From: Chiloscyllium plagiosum
Lineage: Eukaryota
Reading direction: 5' to 3'
Length of the DNA stretch: 20,000 bases
NCBI RefSeq assembly: GCF_004010195.1
Contig: NC_057759.1
Span: 3,014,047 to 3,034,046, forward strand
A program made the translations under genes and the position numbers. How positions within the stretch are numbered: position 1 is the stretch's first letter; each line of letters starts with the position of its first letter. The notes under the pieces are model-generated. The model was not told where the DNA came from and did not search any database. It saw only the letters and a program-made list of their open reading frames with translations. Below are positions 1-11,696 of this stretch, in pieces.

Positions 1-69
1 GACACAACACATACATAAAGAAATGCACACCGGTCTGGACACTAACACACAGACATGCCCACTCTGTCC

Positions 70-595
70 GCTTTTCTGTTTTTTTTTCCATCTTCCCCCT
101 ACTTTCTTAAAATTACCTGATAAAGAGATGTCGTTGTGGGAAGCAGCTTCGATGGGGATTTGAGCAGTGTCTTCAGAAGCAGCGTGACTACAGCGAAGGC
201 AGGCTTGTGAAGGCTGGAGTGGGCCCATGGATGCGACATGGCTTGGGCTGATTTAGCACGGAGTGGACCGCTGGCTGCAGCATGGCGTGGGTTGGTATAG
301 GCTGCAGTAGGCAACTGCAGTGGCATAGCGTGGGTTGGCGTAGCCTGGCTTGGGCCCCAGGCAGTGGCATTGCATGGGTTAACGTACTCGAAGTGAGACA
401 GTGGTGATGGCATGGCGTAGGCTGGTGTAGCCTGGAGTGAGAATGTAGCAGCAGAGAAGGAAAAGTTGGACACTCTTTAAGTTTGTTGTATAAATTCTGA
501 GTAAATGTAAATGCCGCCTGTGCATGGCAACCGTATGCACTTTTCACTGTATTTAATATTGAATACACGTGATAATAAACAATCAAATACAAAAC
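70..595 (+). mobile_element. Putative non-autonomous retroposon with an internal minisatellite and a LINE-like (Rex1/Babar-like) 3' tail
   Basis: T-rich head, GC-rich tandem body, ending in CTTTTCACTGTA...TACACGTGATAATAAACAATCAAAT, which resembles fish LINE 3' ends from memory. No coding capacity. Family assignment is tentative. Confidence 0.4.
236..440. repeat. Degenerate minisatellite, ~5 copies of a 43-44-bp unit
   Basis: Core resembling GCATGGCGTGGGTTGGCGTAGCCTGG recurs at about 236, 280, 323, 367 and 410 (spacings 44, 43, 44, 43). Confidence 0.75.
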
Positions 596-1109
596 AAAAC
601 ACGCAAACTGAAACACATAGCACACCCATACACCGAGAGAGAGAGCAGTGCCTTTATGGCAGAAATCGGTAAGTATTTCATTCATAGAGGCATCAGTAGT
701 CAGTTGGAAAAAGCTGGAATGGCTTTTAGAATTATTTCAGCCCTGGTCAAACAGCACAGTACTCGTCATGTGCCAGTGGACTAATTCAGAACCAATTTCT
801 TATGCTCTTATGACTTTGTTCAGTGAAGGCTGAATTTGGTATTTGATTGAAGAGTGGACATGTTTGAGGGGCTGAGTGATATCTATCTGGTCCTAATTGT
901 GTTGTCATTTGAAAAGCGTGGTGAGGGGAACACGTTTTGAGAATAAGGCATACCTATTTCAGACTGAGAAGATGTGCCTTCATCTTTAGCATTGTGCGAT
1001 CTGTGGTGTTCTCATTTTGAAGATGCATTCAGGACTGGGTTAAAATAACATTCAAGGTTGGGTTCCAGAGAGCTCTTTTTTGCTCTTCGGATCCCCCTAT
1101 TAAGTGCAC

Positions 1110-1400
1110 TCCTACACGTTTTATAGTCATCTAGGGATTCAGTTGAACAGTTCCACCTGCCAGCGATAGACGCATGGCCATCTAAATCCTTCTTATTCAG
1201 ATACACACCCAGATGTCTCTTAAGTATTACAATTATACTCACCTGTACCAATTCCACTGGCAGCTCGTTTCATACATGCATGAAAAGGTTTCACCTCAAA
1301 TCTTTGTTTTAAAACTTTACTCTTACTTGAAATCAATCCCTTCTAGTTCTGGACTGCTCCAGCCTAGGAAAATAACTTTGGCTGTTGACAGTGTCCTTGC
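1110..1400 (-). mobile_element. Degraded CR1 LINE 3' end
   Basis: Minus-strand translation resembles the CR1 ORF2 C-terminus (ELVQVSIIVILKRHLGVYLN), followed by a 3'UTR-like segment. Confidence 0.6.
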
Positions 1401-3059
1401 CCCTCAGGGCCTCTTCAGACCTGAGGATGAGAGATGTCGGTATTGAACCATATAACATCTGAGAAGAGTACATCGGGGGCGTAGGTGACGGATGGGAGGC
1501 TAAAACGAAGTCAATGCATTCATTTTAACTCAGATATTATAAACGCATGCATTTGTTGTACAGAAACTGTGCAGGCACATCCAAACGTGCCTTCAAATGA
1601 TAAATTATAAATAATTTGTTACGTGAAGCAGAGAACAGGGATATAATCATATCATCTAAAGAATGTTCAAGGAGACCTCACATAGTCCAGTTTGGTGGTC
1701 GGATAACATTCTTGGAAATTTTACCTGAGAGAAGGAAAAACTTCGCATGTGTAAGAATCGACGGTCTATTGCTCTCTCCTTTCTTGTTTCTCTACGTAAC
1801 AATATATGAGAGCTGCGGGATCCTTTCAAGAATAGAAAGAGGTTTGAAAAACTTTGTTCTCCCTTAATATCAGGGATGTGGCTCAGAGAACCATGGAATT
1901 TACAGTACAGAAGGATCCATCTTGTCTATGCCTCCTGATTAAGCTACCCAAAAAGCTGAATCATCTAGCTGTATCTCCGTAGCTTTTAAATTTATCACTC
2001 ATCTGGTGCAGCGCCTTAACACCCTTCAATACAATCATTTTTCCGAATACTTCCGCTTTAATAGTTATGCAGTTTAGCAATTTCTGCCGTTCCCCCAGTT
2101 CTCTTGTTTCAGGAAGGTTTTCTGTTCCATCCTGTATGTAGACACAATCAATGCATTCACCTCACTGGGCAGAGGGGGCCTCTGTCACCTCGTGATACAT
2201 CAGAGATCGAAACTCTGACACATGATTGATGTGTCACCCCATTCGGCCTGGAAAGTTCCAGAATCAAACAGGATTTTTTCGTATCAAGAGTGAGCCTCCA
2301 GGTTATGCTGAAGGAGGTGGCACAGCTCGGTGAGTTTCTCATTGTTCAACCAGACTGTCTTTACATTTTACACTTGGAATAAATGCAACGTTTCAAATCC
2401 CAGAGAGGACACTGCCGTGCCCCGCTCCTCTCTGCTTACACAGCTTCCATTCTATCTAGTTTCTGCTCCATGTTTGAAGCCATGAAGTAGACCCAGATAT
2501 ATTGTAAATGCCGTGCCTATACTTCTTCCAGAGTGGGTTCACCAGACCCTGTGGTCTCCCTGAATGAATGCAGCAGCAAACAACACAAACACAAGAAAGC
2601 CATCCACAGCATCCCCACTGGATTACAATGACAGGAGAAAGTCAAATCCGTGTATACATGGCACACCTACTCAGTGTTGAAAATGACTGCCTATTCTATT
2701 TCTTTTCCTGGCTCCTAAACTGTTCCATCTCCACACAGTTCCAGTGACTTGAAATATAACAGTTCTCAATAGATTTATTTGACAATGCAACTGCACAATT
2801 TTCTGCACCTCAGTCACGCTAACAGCAACATTACTGTTGCCAGTGGAGACGGTTGAATTAGGTATAGAAGCAATTGTCTATCAGTATGATCTCTAAAACA
2901 TTAATTTATAGAACTATGTAATGGCTCAGAGTCTGGATTCAAAACCGGCCACGGCACATGGTGGAATTCCAACAAATAAAGGGAACTTGAATTCTCAATT
3001 CTTCTTCAGCCAATAATATCTGGAGAACAGGAAGGATCTCAAGGTTTATTTGTAATATT

Positions 3060-3530
3060 CATAAATCTTGACAATGCGAATGGGGGGTGTTGGAGGGTAG
3101 GGTAGTTATGTTTGTGGATGACACAACAACTAGCTGGGTAGTTCACAGTGAGGAGGAATGTGTGAGGTTACCGGAGGATATGAACGGGTTGTTCAGATAG
3201 CCAGATCAATATGCAATGATACTTAACACTGATAAATGTGAAGACAGGCTGGATTTGCACGCACTTTTCTGTGGAGCAGGGAAGATTGGCGCAGGATGCT
3301 GAGGGAGGTGCATTAGAGCAATTAAGGTCTGGGCAGGGTGAACAGATAGCTAATGTTCCCCTTCAGCGAAGAGTCAAAAATAAGGGACACGCTTTTAAAG
3401 TAAGAGATGATAAATGATTTTTAGAAATGGTTTTGAACCCTGAGAGTGGTATGTGTCTGGAATGCACTACCTAAGAGGGAGTTTGAGACAGGTAACCTCA
3501 CAAACTTTATCAACCACCTAGATCAACACT
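3060..3530 (+). mobile_element. Degraded CR1 RT and C-terminal fragment
   Basis: TTTGTGGATGACACA (FVDDT, an FADDT variant), then remnants resembling DKCE and RVVCVWNALP. Multiple stops and indels. Confidence 0.7.
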
Positions 3531-3904
3531 ATGTGATGCAGATTCCATCGACCTCTTCTTTATTATATGTTTCTATGTAGTACCAACCATGAAAGTTCTG
3601 ATATGCCATGAAGCACTAAACAGTGGCTTCCGTTCTATTCCCTCAGCTGCGTTAATTAAATGGTTATACTGCAAATCAGCATCACTGCATGGAGTATCAG
3701 CACTTACTCAATCAAGGACAGTCCAGCATTTCTGAAAACATCCATGATCATTCACGTGCACAGTGCCAGAATCATCCAACAGTAGCAGCAACATTATTCT
3801 CGTATTGCTTCGATGACACCAACAATATTGTGGTTTTCCCTTCATTGTAATAAATATTCCAAGCTGGGATTTTAATTTTCCTACCAAAGACTGGCAGTGC
3901 CAGA

Positions 3905-4100
3905 GAGTTAAGGGTTTCAGATCGGGTGAAATATGTTAAATGCTTTCAGTCAATTTAGCTCAAGTAACATATAGAGGATCCAAAGTGGGAAGGGGCTAAA
4001 CTCAATCTACGCTTGGGGAATAGAGCAGGACACATGACGGAGGTAACATTGGGTAGCACTTTGTGACCAGTGACCACAGTTCCAGTAATTGTAAAATAGT
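3905..4100 (+). mobile_element. CR1 AP-endonuclease fragment
   Basis: Translates as GAKLNLRLGNRAGHMTEVTLGSTL / SDHSS, matching the APE C-terminal LDL...SDH region. Confidence 0.7.
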
Positions 4101-6430
4101 TCAGCTCTGCAACCTGTCTATGTGTCTCTGTAAACTGCAATATCCTTCAGCACTATCCACAACTCCACTGACCTTACTGTTATCTGCAAATTTACTTTCC
4201 ACTCCATCTATGCCCTCATCCAGGTCATTTATAAAAATAACAACCAACAATGGCCCCAAAACAGATCTTTGCGGTTTATCACTAGTAACTGAACTCCAGG
4301 ATGAAAATTTCCCATCAACCACCACACTCGGTCTACGTTCAGCCAGCCAATATCTGATCCAAAATGCTAAATCAATCTCAATCCCTTTCCTCCGTAGTTT
4401 GAACCGTGGGGAACATTTACAAAGACCTTACTGAAATCTATATGCACAGCATCAACCGCTTTACCTCCATCCACCTTTTTGGTCACCTTCTCAAATAATT
4501 TAATAAGGTTTGAGAGGCACAAAACTATCCTTCACAAAAGCATGTTGACTATCCTGAGTCAACTTATTCATCTCTAATTGATAATAAATCCTCTGTCTTA
4601 TAACCTTTTCCAACATTTTACCCTCAACCGAAGTAAGGCCCACTGGTCTATAATTACTAGGGTTGTTTCTACTTCCCTTCTTAAACAAGGGGACAACATT
4701 TCCTATATTCCAGTCTTCTGGCACTATTCTTGTAGAAAATGATAACACAGAAATCAAAGCCAAAGCCTATGCAATCTCTTTACTGGCTTCCCAGAGAATC
4801 CTAGGATAAATGCCACCCGGCCCAGGGCACTTATCTGTTTTCACACATTCAAAACCTGCTAATACCTCCTCTTTGTGAACATCGATCCTGTTTAGTCCAG
4901 TAGACTGTATCTAATTATTCTCCTCGCAAACATTATCTTACAGGTGTGAATACTGACGAAAAATATTCATTTTGCATTTCCCTATCTCCTCAGACTCCAC
5001 GCACAACTTCGCACCACTGTCCTCGATTGGCCCTAAACTTTCTCTCATCATTCTTCGATTCCTGAAATACTTAAAGAAAGCTTTAGATTTTCCTAGATCC
5101 TATCTGCCAACCATATTCTCCTCCTGGCTTTTCTTAGCTCTTTCTTTAGGTTCAAAGTTTAGGTGAATAACACGAGGCTTTCTTTAGGTCTTTCCTGGCT
5201 AGCTTGTAACTTTCAAATGCCCGAATTGAGCCTTAACGTCTCATTCGAACATAAGCCTCCTTTTTCCTCTTGATAAGAGATTCAACTTCTTTAGTAAACC
5301 ACCGCTCTCTCGCTCAACCATTTCCTCCCTGCCTGACAGGTACGTACTTACCAAGAACACGAGGTAGCTGTTCCTTGACTCAACTCTACATTTGAAGTGT
5401 GCCCATCCACTATCCCCTTCCTATTCACGTGAGAAAAAGAACAGGAAATAACATCAACACAGCAAATGACATCACCACAAGAAATGACATCACCAACCCC
5501 AGGAAACCTAAACACATAAACAGAAAGCGGGTCATGAACCCCAGTGCTTCACTGGAGGCTCTCTGATTATGTTACTGAGTATGGTGACACCATGTCTGAC
5601 AACGAACCTTCCAGCTCAGTGAGCAAACGTGCAACCAGAACCTTAATGTGCGCTACACATTTTCTCAAAATTCGATAACCGAATTGTGGTCACCATCACA
5701 AAAGCGCTCACCTATCTCCAAATCTAACACCTGACCAGGTTCATTACCAAATCCAATGTGGCCTCACCCCTTGTTAGCCTGTCTACGTACTGTGTCAGGA
5801 AACCATCAGATGCATATTGGACAAAAACTGACACATCCAAACTACTCGAACTATCGCATTTCCAGTCAATATTTGGGAAGTTAAAGACCCCATTAAAAAC
5901 ATTACCCTATTACTCTAGCTCCTATACAGAATCTTTTTTTGCTATACTTTCCTCTACATCTCTGGAGCTATTCGGAGGATGATAGAAAGCTCTCAACAGG
6001 GTAACCTTTCCTTTCCTGTTTCTAACTTCAGCCCATACTACCTCATTAGACGAATCCTCAAATGTCCTTTCTGCCAGCGTAATACTGCCCGTGACTAATA
6101 GTGACCTTCCTCCCCCTCTTTTACCATCTTCTCTCTTCTTACTGAGACATCTAAATCACAGGAACTGCAACAACCATTCCTGTCCCTGCGCTATCCATGT
6201 CTCCAAAATTGCCACAACATTTAATTACCAGGTACCAACCCATGTTGGAAGTTCACCCACCTTATTCCACATGCTCCTGGCGTAGACACACTTCGAACCA
6301 CACTCCTGCCTGCCAGTGAACTCATACACAGATCTGGAAACCTTATTTCTGACCTCACTACTATTAACCTCCTGGACACTGGAACTACAGTTTGGTTTCC
6401 AATTCCCCTGCTGAATTAATAGGCCATGTA
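4101..6430 (-). mobile_element. Truncated, decayed CR1 LINE ORF2 (EN plus RT), interrupted by a PLE fragment at ~5430-5677
   Basis: ORF fragments in collinear order on the minus strand: YARSMWNKVGEL (EN N-terminus), VPEDWNIGNVVPLFKKGSRNNPSNYRPVGLTS, and PQRSVLGPLLVVIFINDLDEG...SKFADNSK. Confidence 0.92.
5430..5677 (+). mobile_element. Poseidon-like PLE 3' terminal repeat, decayed
   Basis: Aligns by eye with the reverse complement of 18582-18740 (GCTTCAC.GGAGGCTC...TTCCAGCTC.G.GA.CA...GCTA.A.AT.TT). Contains three 18-bp repeats (5443-5496) and a degraded hammerhead. Confidence 0.75.
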
Positions 6431-6914
6431 GCACCAGTACCTTGTTACACAGTAACATTATCAGTCTGATCAGCTTCCTTAAGCAAGTAACACAGGAAAT
6501 GGGAGATTCACTGCAGTGGGGTATACTGGAATAACACGAGGCTATTTAGCACCTCACGTTTGCCTTTCCATTCAGTAAAATCAGAGCTCATCTGCTTGAC
6601 ACCTCAAGTTCTCTTTCATGCCTAATTCCTTGCAGCCCTCAACTCTCTAATGTGTCAAAATGCATTTACACAACGCTCCCCCCAAATATTTCGGTGATGT
6701 AGTTCGACTAATTATCTGGGATTAGAGTCCTACCAGTCACTACACTCTGAGAGAGGGAAGCACTCCCAACACATATGCCTTGAACTGTTGACATGAACAA
6801 ATGCTATGAACACAGCATAAAAGTGACTGACCCTGATATCATGACGGTACTTGACTGAGCAAAGTGTCATGAAGTCTGAACGAAATTGATATTAATGAGA
6901 CTCAGTTATAAACT

Positions 6915-7210
6915 TCCAACTAGTTAGGTAATCCAGGACACAATGTGATTGCTGGATATCAATCATCTCAGTCCATGGATATCTCTGTGGGCGATCCTCA
7001 GAGCAGCTTCCTCGGCACAAACATCTTCAGCTGTTTAATCAATACATTTCCCTCCATCATGTGAACAGAAGTGGAAATGTTCAGTGAAGATAGCACAATG
7101 TTCAGAATAATTTATCACCCATTCAGAAGCTAAAGTATCAAAACCTGGACAACATTCAAGCTTGTGTTTTTAACGTGTAGGTAACATTCATGTAACAGCA
7201 TTGCCAGATA
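6915..7210 (+). mobile_element. L2/CR1-group LINE RT fragment
   Basis: Translates as QSSQSMDISVGDPQSSFLGTNIFSCLINTFPSIM...EVEMFSEDSTMF...LDNIQA, a degenerate GVPQGS...INDL...FADD region. Confidence 0.7.
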
Positions 7211-7374
7211 GTGCACACTTCTAGGGTAAGAAAAGAAGAGCTCAGTCAGCATCTCAAACTGGTTTCACAAGAATATGAGAAAGCCATTAAGCCAAACGAG
7301 CTTATTGGATAAGAGGAGGCACAGCCCATGCACTCTTTCCTGCCTGTTACACAGGAAGAGATAAAATTAAACTG

Positions 7375-7945
7375 GAAATGTTGGAATTCAAAGTCGACAA
7401 ACAGGAGGCTGGGAGAACACACCAAGCCGAGAAGCATCAGGAGATTAGAAGTTAACAGCTTGTTTATAACCCTTCTTCAGTTCTGGAAGTGGGGGTGAAG
7501 GGAGCTGCAGATAACGAGGTATAGGGAAGGGTGGAGCGGGGTGGTGAGGTGGGGGTAGGTGAACACAGATAAAGGGTACGACGTTTTTGGTTGATGGGAG
7601 GAATGAATCTGGTTGGTAGCTGGAAGAAAGAGTCTTTCTGAGGAATGGAAGGGAGGAGGGAGGGCAAAGGAAGGGAGGTTGTTTGAAAGTGGAGAATTCA
7701 ATATTGAGTCGTTCTGACTGTAGGGTGCCCAGGCGGAAGATTGGGTGTTATTCATCCAATGTGCAGATTGAGTCGTTGTGGAGGCCAAGGGTGATCATGC
7801 CGGAAGGAGAGTGGGAAGGGGAATTAAAATGGATGGTAATTGGAAGGTCCTGTCGGCCCCTGAGGATCTGGCTGCAAAGCTCAGTGAACCATTCACTAAG
7901 TTTACGTTCCATCTCCCTGATGTACAGAAAACCACATCAGGAGAA
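7375..7945 (-). mobile_element. Neptune-like PLE 3' part (GIY-YIG C-terminus plus terminal repeat), decayed
   Basis: Minus strand reads like YIREMERKLSEWFTELC...HFNSPSHS...IFRLGTLQSERLNIEFSTFK, followed by a pyrimidine-rich 3' repeat with a degraded hammerhead. Confidence 0.8.
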
Positions 7946-7964
7946 TCAGATTCAGAAAACTATT

Positions 7965-8700
7965 TTGGATCCCACCACCTGTTACATCTTCCACGAGAAC
8001 CATTCCCTTCGCCAGTCCTTGGTTTGTACCACAATCTCCTCCAGTTCCCCCAGGTACCTTGCACTGCCATCAGAAAAGATGCAGCACCTGCCGGTACATC
8101 ACCCCCCTAAATTCCATCCAGGGCCTTAAACCTGCTTCCAGGTGAAACAGAAGTTCAGCTGCATCTCCTCAAAACTTGCTTACTGCATTCTGTGCTCCCA
8201 AGGTGGTCACAAGCCACATTGGGGTGATCGAATGTAAACTAAGTGCACGTTTTGCTGAGCATCGCAGATGGGCCCCTAGGGCCTGACTGAACCTCCACCA
8301 AGTGCCCATTTCATTTCACCCTCCCACTCTGTCTCTGACATGTCCTTTATTGATATAGTGAGACAGTCTGCAAGGTAGAGGAACAGCATCTTATCTTCTG
8401 ACTGGGCAACCTACAGCACAGAGGACTCACCAGTGAGTTTTTCAGTTTGAAATAACCTGCCCAGCCATGCTCTAAATCCTTTTCCGTTCCCACCTCCTCT
8501 CTTCCATTCCACCAGATTCATTCATCCCATCGACCAACCTAGTTTTGCCCACCACTTGTGACCGCCTTGCCCGACTGCATCATTTTGCTGATCTCTGAAC
8601 TATCCCTCTTCTCTCTTTATCTGAAGAATGATTATACCTGAAACATTGACTTCTCCATCTCCTGATGCTACCTGACTTCCAGCCTCCTGCTTGTCTACTA
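7965..8700 (+). mobile_element. Neptune-like PLE 3' part (Cys-rich linker, GIY-YIG endonuclease, terminal repeat), decayed
   Basis: Remnants DPTT..IF, CHQKRCSTCRYITPLNSIQG, FQVKQKFSCISSKLAYCILCS, HIG, RFAEH and EEQHLIF, then a terminal repeat with a degraded hammerhead (CTGAAGA...GAAACATT) near 8620. Confidence 0.85.
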
Positions 8701-9274
8701 TTACACAGGAAGACAAGTCTTGCCAGCATGTCACACTGGTAAACAGGAACCATGGGTCGTCCAATACTGTCGTTGAACCTCTTCCATGGGACCAGAAGAA
8801 GGACTTTCAGCCCCTCGAGAATCTAACACATGGACAGCACAGGCCATTCAGCCCCGCAAATTTGATAAATAGGAATAGGAGAATGTCATTGATGCTTCAA
8901 CACGACTAACCACTGAAGCAGAGATTGCACAGATAGACTGCTTCATGTTGTTCGTCCTGGTTCCATTTCTATTAACACACTCGTGTTACTTTAACGTGGT
9001 TTGCTGATGGTGAGGAGGGAAAGTGGACGGTTTGTGCTAAGTCTCAAGGGGACATCTTCCATCTCTGAGAAGACAGAGCAGTGTTCTGTACGGAGTTCAG
9101 ATGCTCGTGGGAACGGCCAAATCTTTCAGATTGTGGCTGCTGATAGATTTGTAAACAACATGATATTGCAGGGTCAGACACCAACAGCACATTGAGATGG
9201 CAAAAATTCATTCAATGCCAGGAACTCTCTTTCAACCCAAATCGGGGCTCCACAGACATACTTACACTTTCACT

Positions 9275-9760
9275 GAGTCATAGCGTCATACATCACGGAG
9301 ACAGGAAGTTCAACCAAAGCTGATCCATGCTGACCAAACTCTTCACCCACGCTCACCCCATTTCCCTACACTTGACCAATATCCATCTCAGGTTTTCTAA
9401 TCCATGTGTTCGTCCAACTGAAAACACGCGTCACAGATTAAAAACTCATTCCCTTCAAGCTCTCCTCACTGTAGCATAATCGCAGGGATTAGTCTGGCAA
9501 AACTCCTTTACACTATCTCATTGTGGCAAGGAGATCATTTCTTACAAAGGAGAGAAATTCTGTACACAGAGTCTCAATAACACTTCACAACTGCAGGAAG
9601 GTGTCTTCACTCCTATAATCATTTTGCAATGAAGAGCAGCCTACCATTTACTGTGCTGATTATCTGCCGTGAGTACAAATTCTGTTAGTGACTCATCACC
9701 AAAGACATCCAGCTTCTTTTCACCAAGAACACTTCCCATCCTCTTACCTTCTACTAAATA
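9275..9760 (-). mobile_element. Highly degraded CR1 3' fragment
   Basis: Begins with the reverse-complemented tail GAGTCATAGCGTCATAC followed by CR1 3'UTR-like sequence. Confidence 0.5.
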
Positions 9761-9884
9761 CAAAATGAGAAGGATGGCATTTTTTGCCAAATTCTTTTTA
9801 TTTTACCTCGCGAACAGCTGTTCTTGAAGCACAGTCACGCCAAAAGTAGCATCATTATTACCAATGGAGGTGTATGGAGATGCT

Positions 9885-10368
9885 GGGTAGGCGATGGCCT
9901 AGCGCTATTATCTCCAGAATATTAATCCAGGGGGCCAGGTAATGACAGAGAGTCCGGATTTGAATCCTACCGTGTCAAACAGCGGAATTTGAGTCAATAA
10001 AATCTCAGGAATAAATAATCTAATGAAACAATGAAGCCATTGTCGATTGTCAGAAAAATTTTACCTGGCACTCTAATGCCCTCAAGGGAAGGAATTCTGC
10101 CATCTTCACCTGGTCGGACTTACGTGTGACTCCAGTCCCACAACAATGTGGTTGACTCTCAATTTCCCTTTGAAATGGCCAAGCCAGCCACTCAGTTATA
10201 TCAATCACTACAAAATCTCAAATAAGTGAAACCTGACTGACCTAAGCACTGACTAATTACAACCCAAGGATGGCAGTGATTCAGGAAAGTAGCGCACCAA
10301 TACCTTCTCAAGGACAATGAGGAAAGAGAATTAAATGTTGGCCCAGCATCCCATTAATAAATAAAAGA
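9885..10368 (+). mobile_element. tRNA-derived SINE, SacSINE1/DeuSINE-like
   Basis: A-box-like TGGCCTAGCGC (9895) and B-box-like GGATTTGAATCC (9956), central conserved block GGGAAGGAA..CTGCCATC...GTGTGACTCCAG.CCCACA.CAATGTGGTTGACTCT, L2-like tail and A-rich end. Confidence 0.8.
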
Positions 10369-10499
10369 AGATGATCACACTCAGGGAAGAGAGACAAAGG
10401 GACATAACTTTAAAGAGGGATTTTGATATGTACCCTATATGAGTATGATATTTAGCAAAGTGCGAACATGAGAAAATAAATAATATTAACTTCGTATTT

Positions 10500-10770
10500 T
10501 ATTTCCATTCCACCTATCAATCCTTTCTTTGCTCCTTCTTTTCTCTCTCTCTCTTTCTTCATCTATTCCACTCACACTTGCTCCCCTTCACAATCGACAT
10601 CCCTGTCACAAACATTAATCATACCATTTCTTAACTGTGTTATGTTCTGATGTGTGGTCAGTGGACTTGAAATGTCAACTCTGTTTTTCTCTCGACCCAA
10701 GGCTGTAAAATTTGCGTTACTCTGGCATTTTCTCGTTCATATTGCTTCAGATCTCTAGCATCAATGTTTG
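10500..10770 (+). mobile_element. Decayed PLE-type 3' terminal repeat
   Basis: Pyrimidine-rich tract, then GTTCTGATGTGTGGTCAGTGGACTTGAAATGTCAAC (degraded hammerhead) and TCAGATCTCTAGCATC, similar to 17210-17230. Confidence 0.6.
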
Positions 10771-10839
10771 TTTTTTTAAACCTTTAAGCTTGTTATATGG
10801 GATATCTGCATTTGTTGATCTCATTAAATGCCATTTATC

Positions 10840-11135
10840 GTGAGGCCATTCCTCAAGGCACATTGTTGTGGGTCTGAAGTCAGTCTTAATTCAGACCAGG
10901 TGATAATGCTAGATTTCTTTACCAAAGGACATGAGTGAATAAGATCAGCTTTTCGAGAAAATGCTGGTGGTTTTATGGTTGACATTAGTGAAATTCGTTT
11001 TTATTTCCAATTCCTGTCATTTATTTGAAGATCTGACAGCATCAGTGGAAGGATGTGAAACACTATCTTTTGCTTAATCACCTGTGCTTGTGAATTACCT
11101 GTCTAGAGACGTTACTACTTTGACTCAGTGCCCCT
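10840..11135 (-). mobile_element. SacSINE1-like SINE fragment
   Basis: CATTGTTGTGGGTCTGAAGTCA...AGACCAGGTGA is the reverse complement of the core at ~10105-10150. Confidence 0.6.
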
Positions 11136-11563
11136 ATCGTGAAGTTACTTTAGAAATGAGAAAAATATTTTGATTGAAACAATTGTAACTGGAAGAATGC
11201 TCAGAAGAGAGCTTTAACCGTAAAGTCTTAACTTTAACAAGGCATAGATAATGGCATGGCTTCAACTGCATTGACAGTGAGATGGGAACTGGGGATGTTT
11301 TGTAGACCTGATAGCTTTGGTAATGGAGAGAATGCAGAGACGTAAATCAATTCAGGCTAAGGGCACTCGGGATTCTGAACAGTCTTGCTCTCAAATGCTT
11401 GTGAAGGCGGGGAATAGGGTCTGACATTTGGGTAATGAATTGAGTTTGCAATTGAAACTGAAGGAACTAGTTTCTGTCCTCGTCAAGTACAGATATCATA
11501 AATACCAATGAAGTTCAACATAGTTTATGTAATTAATAAATGGACAGAGATATAGAGACTTAC

Positions 11564-11696
11564 CAGGAACACCAACAATAGCGAGAATGGGATAGTAACC
11601 TGCTTGAATAATCCTCAGCACACCTTCTATCCGGTATGGTAATATTGACCAAACAGAAGAGATTAAATATAGACCCCAGGATAAACTTCTTTCCAT
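11564..11696 (-). CDS. Coding exon 1 of a GPR139/GPR142-like class A GPCR (N-terminus plus first half of TM1)
   Basis: ACAACAATGG start context. MERSLSWGLYLISSVWSILPYRIEGVLRIIQAGYYPILAIVGVP ends in a consensus phase-1 donor G|GTAAGT. The YYPILAxVGVP motif and intron position match GPR139-like receptors (human VYYSLLLCLGLP|ANIL, recalled). Exon 2 was not found in the window. Confidence 0.8.

Noticed and set aside
99..685. ORFs of 124 and 165 aa on the minus strand
   Set aside because: By-products of the GC-rich minisatellite. The 43-44-bp period is not codon-phased and no domain is recognisable.
1400..1460. CTGAGGA with small adjacent hairpins as another hammerhead
   Set aside because: No GAAA after a stem II and no stem I or III pairing.
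3759..3800. CACAGTG heptamer as a possible V(D)J recombination signal (also at 3144)
   Set aside because: No nonamer at 12 or 22-23 bp spacing and no V or J segment nearby.
3765..3862. Possible second decayed GPCR exon 1 (GGAATATTTATTACAATG resembles the start context at 11696; IEAI and VAATVG fragments)
   Set aside because: Needs several frameshifts and lacks the YYP motif and the donor site. Not distinguishable from chance.
9885..9975. tRNA gene
   Set aside because: The A and B boxes are the degenerate head of a SINE, with no intact cloverleaf.
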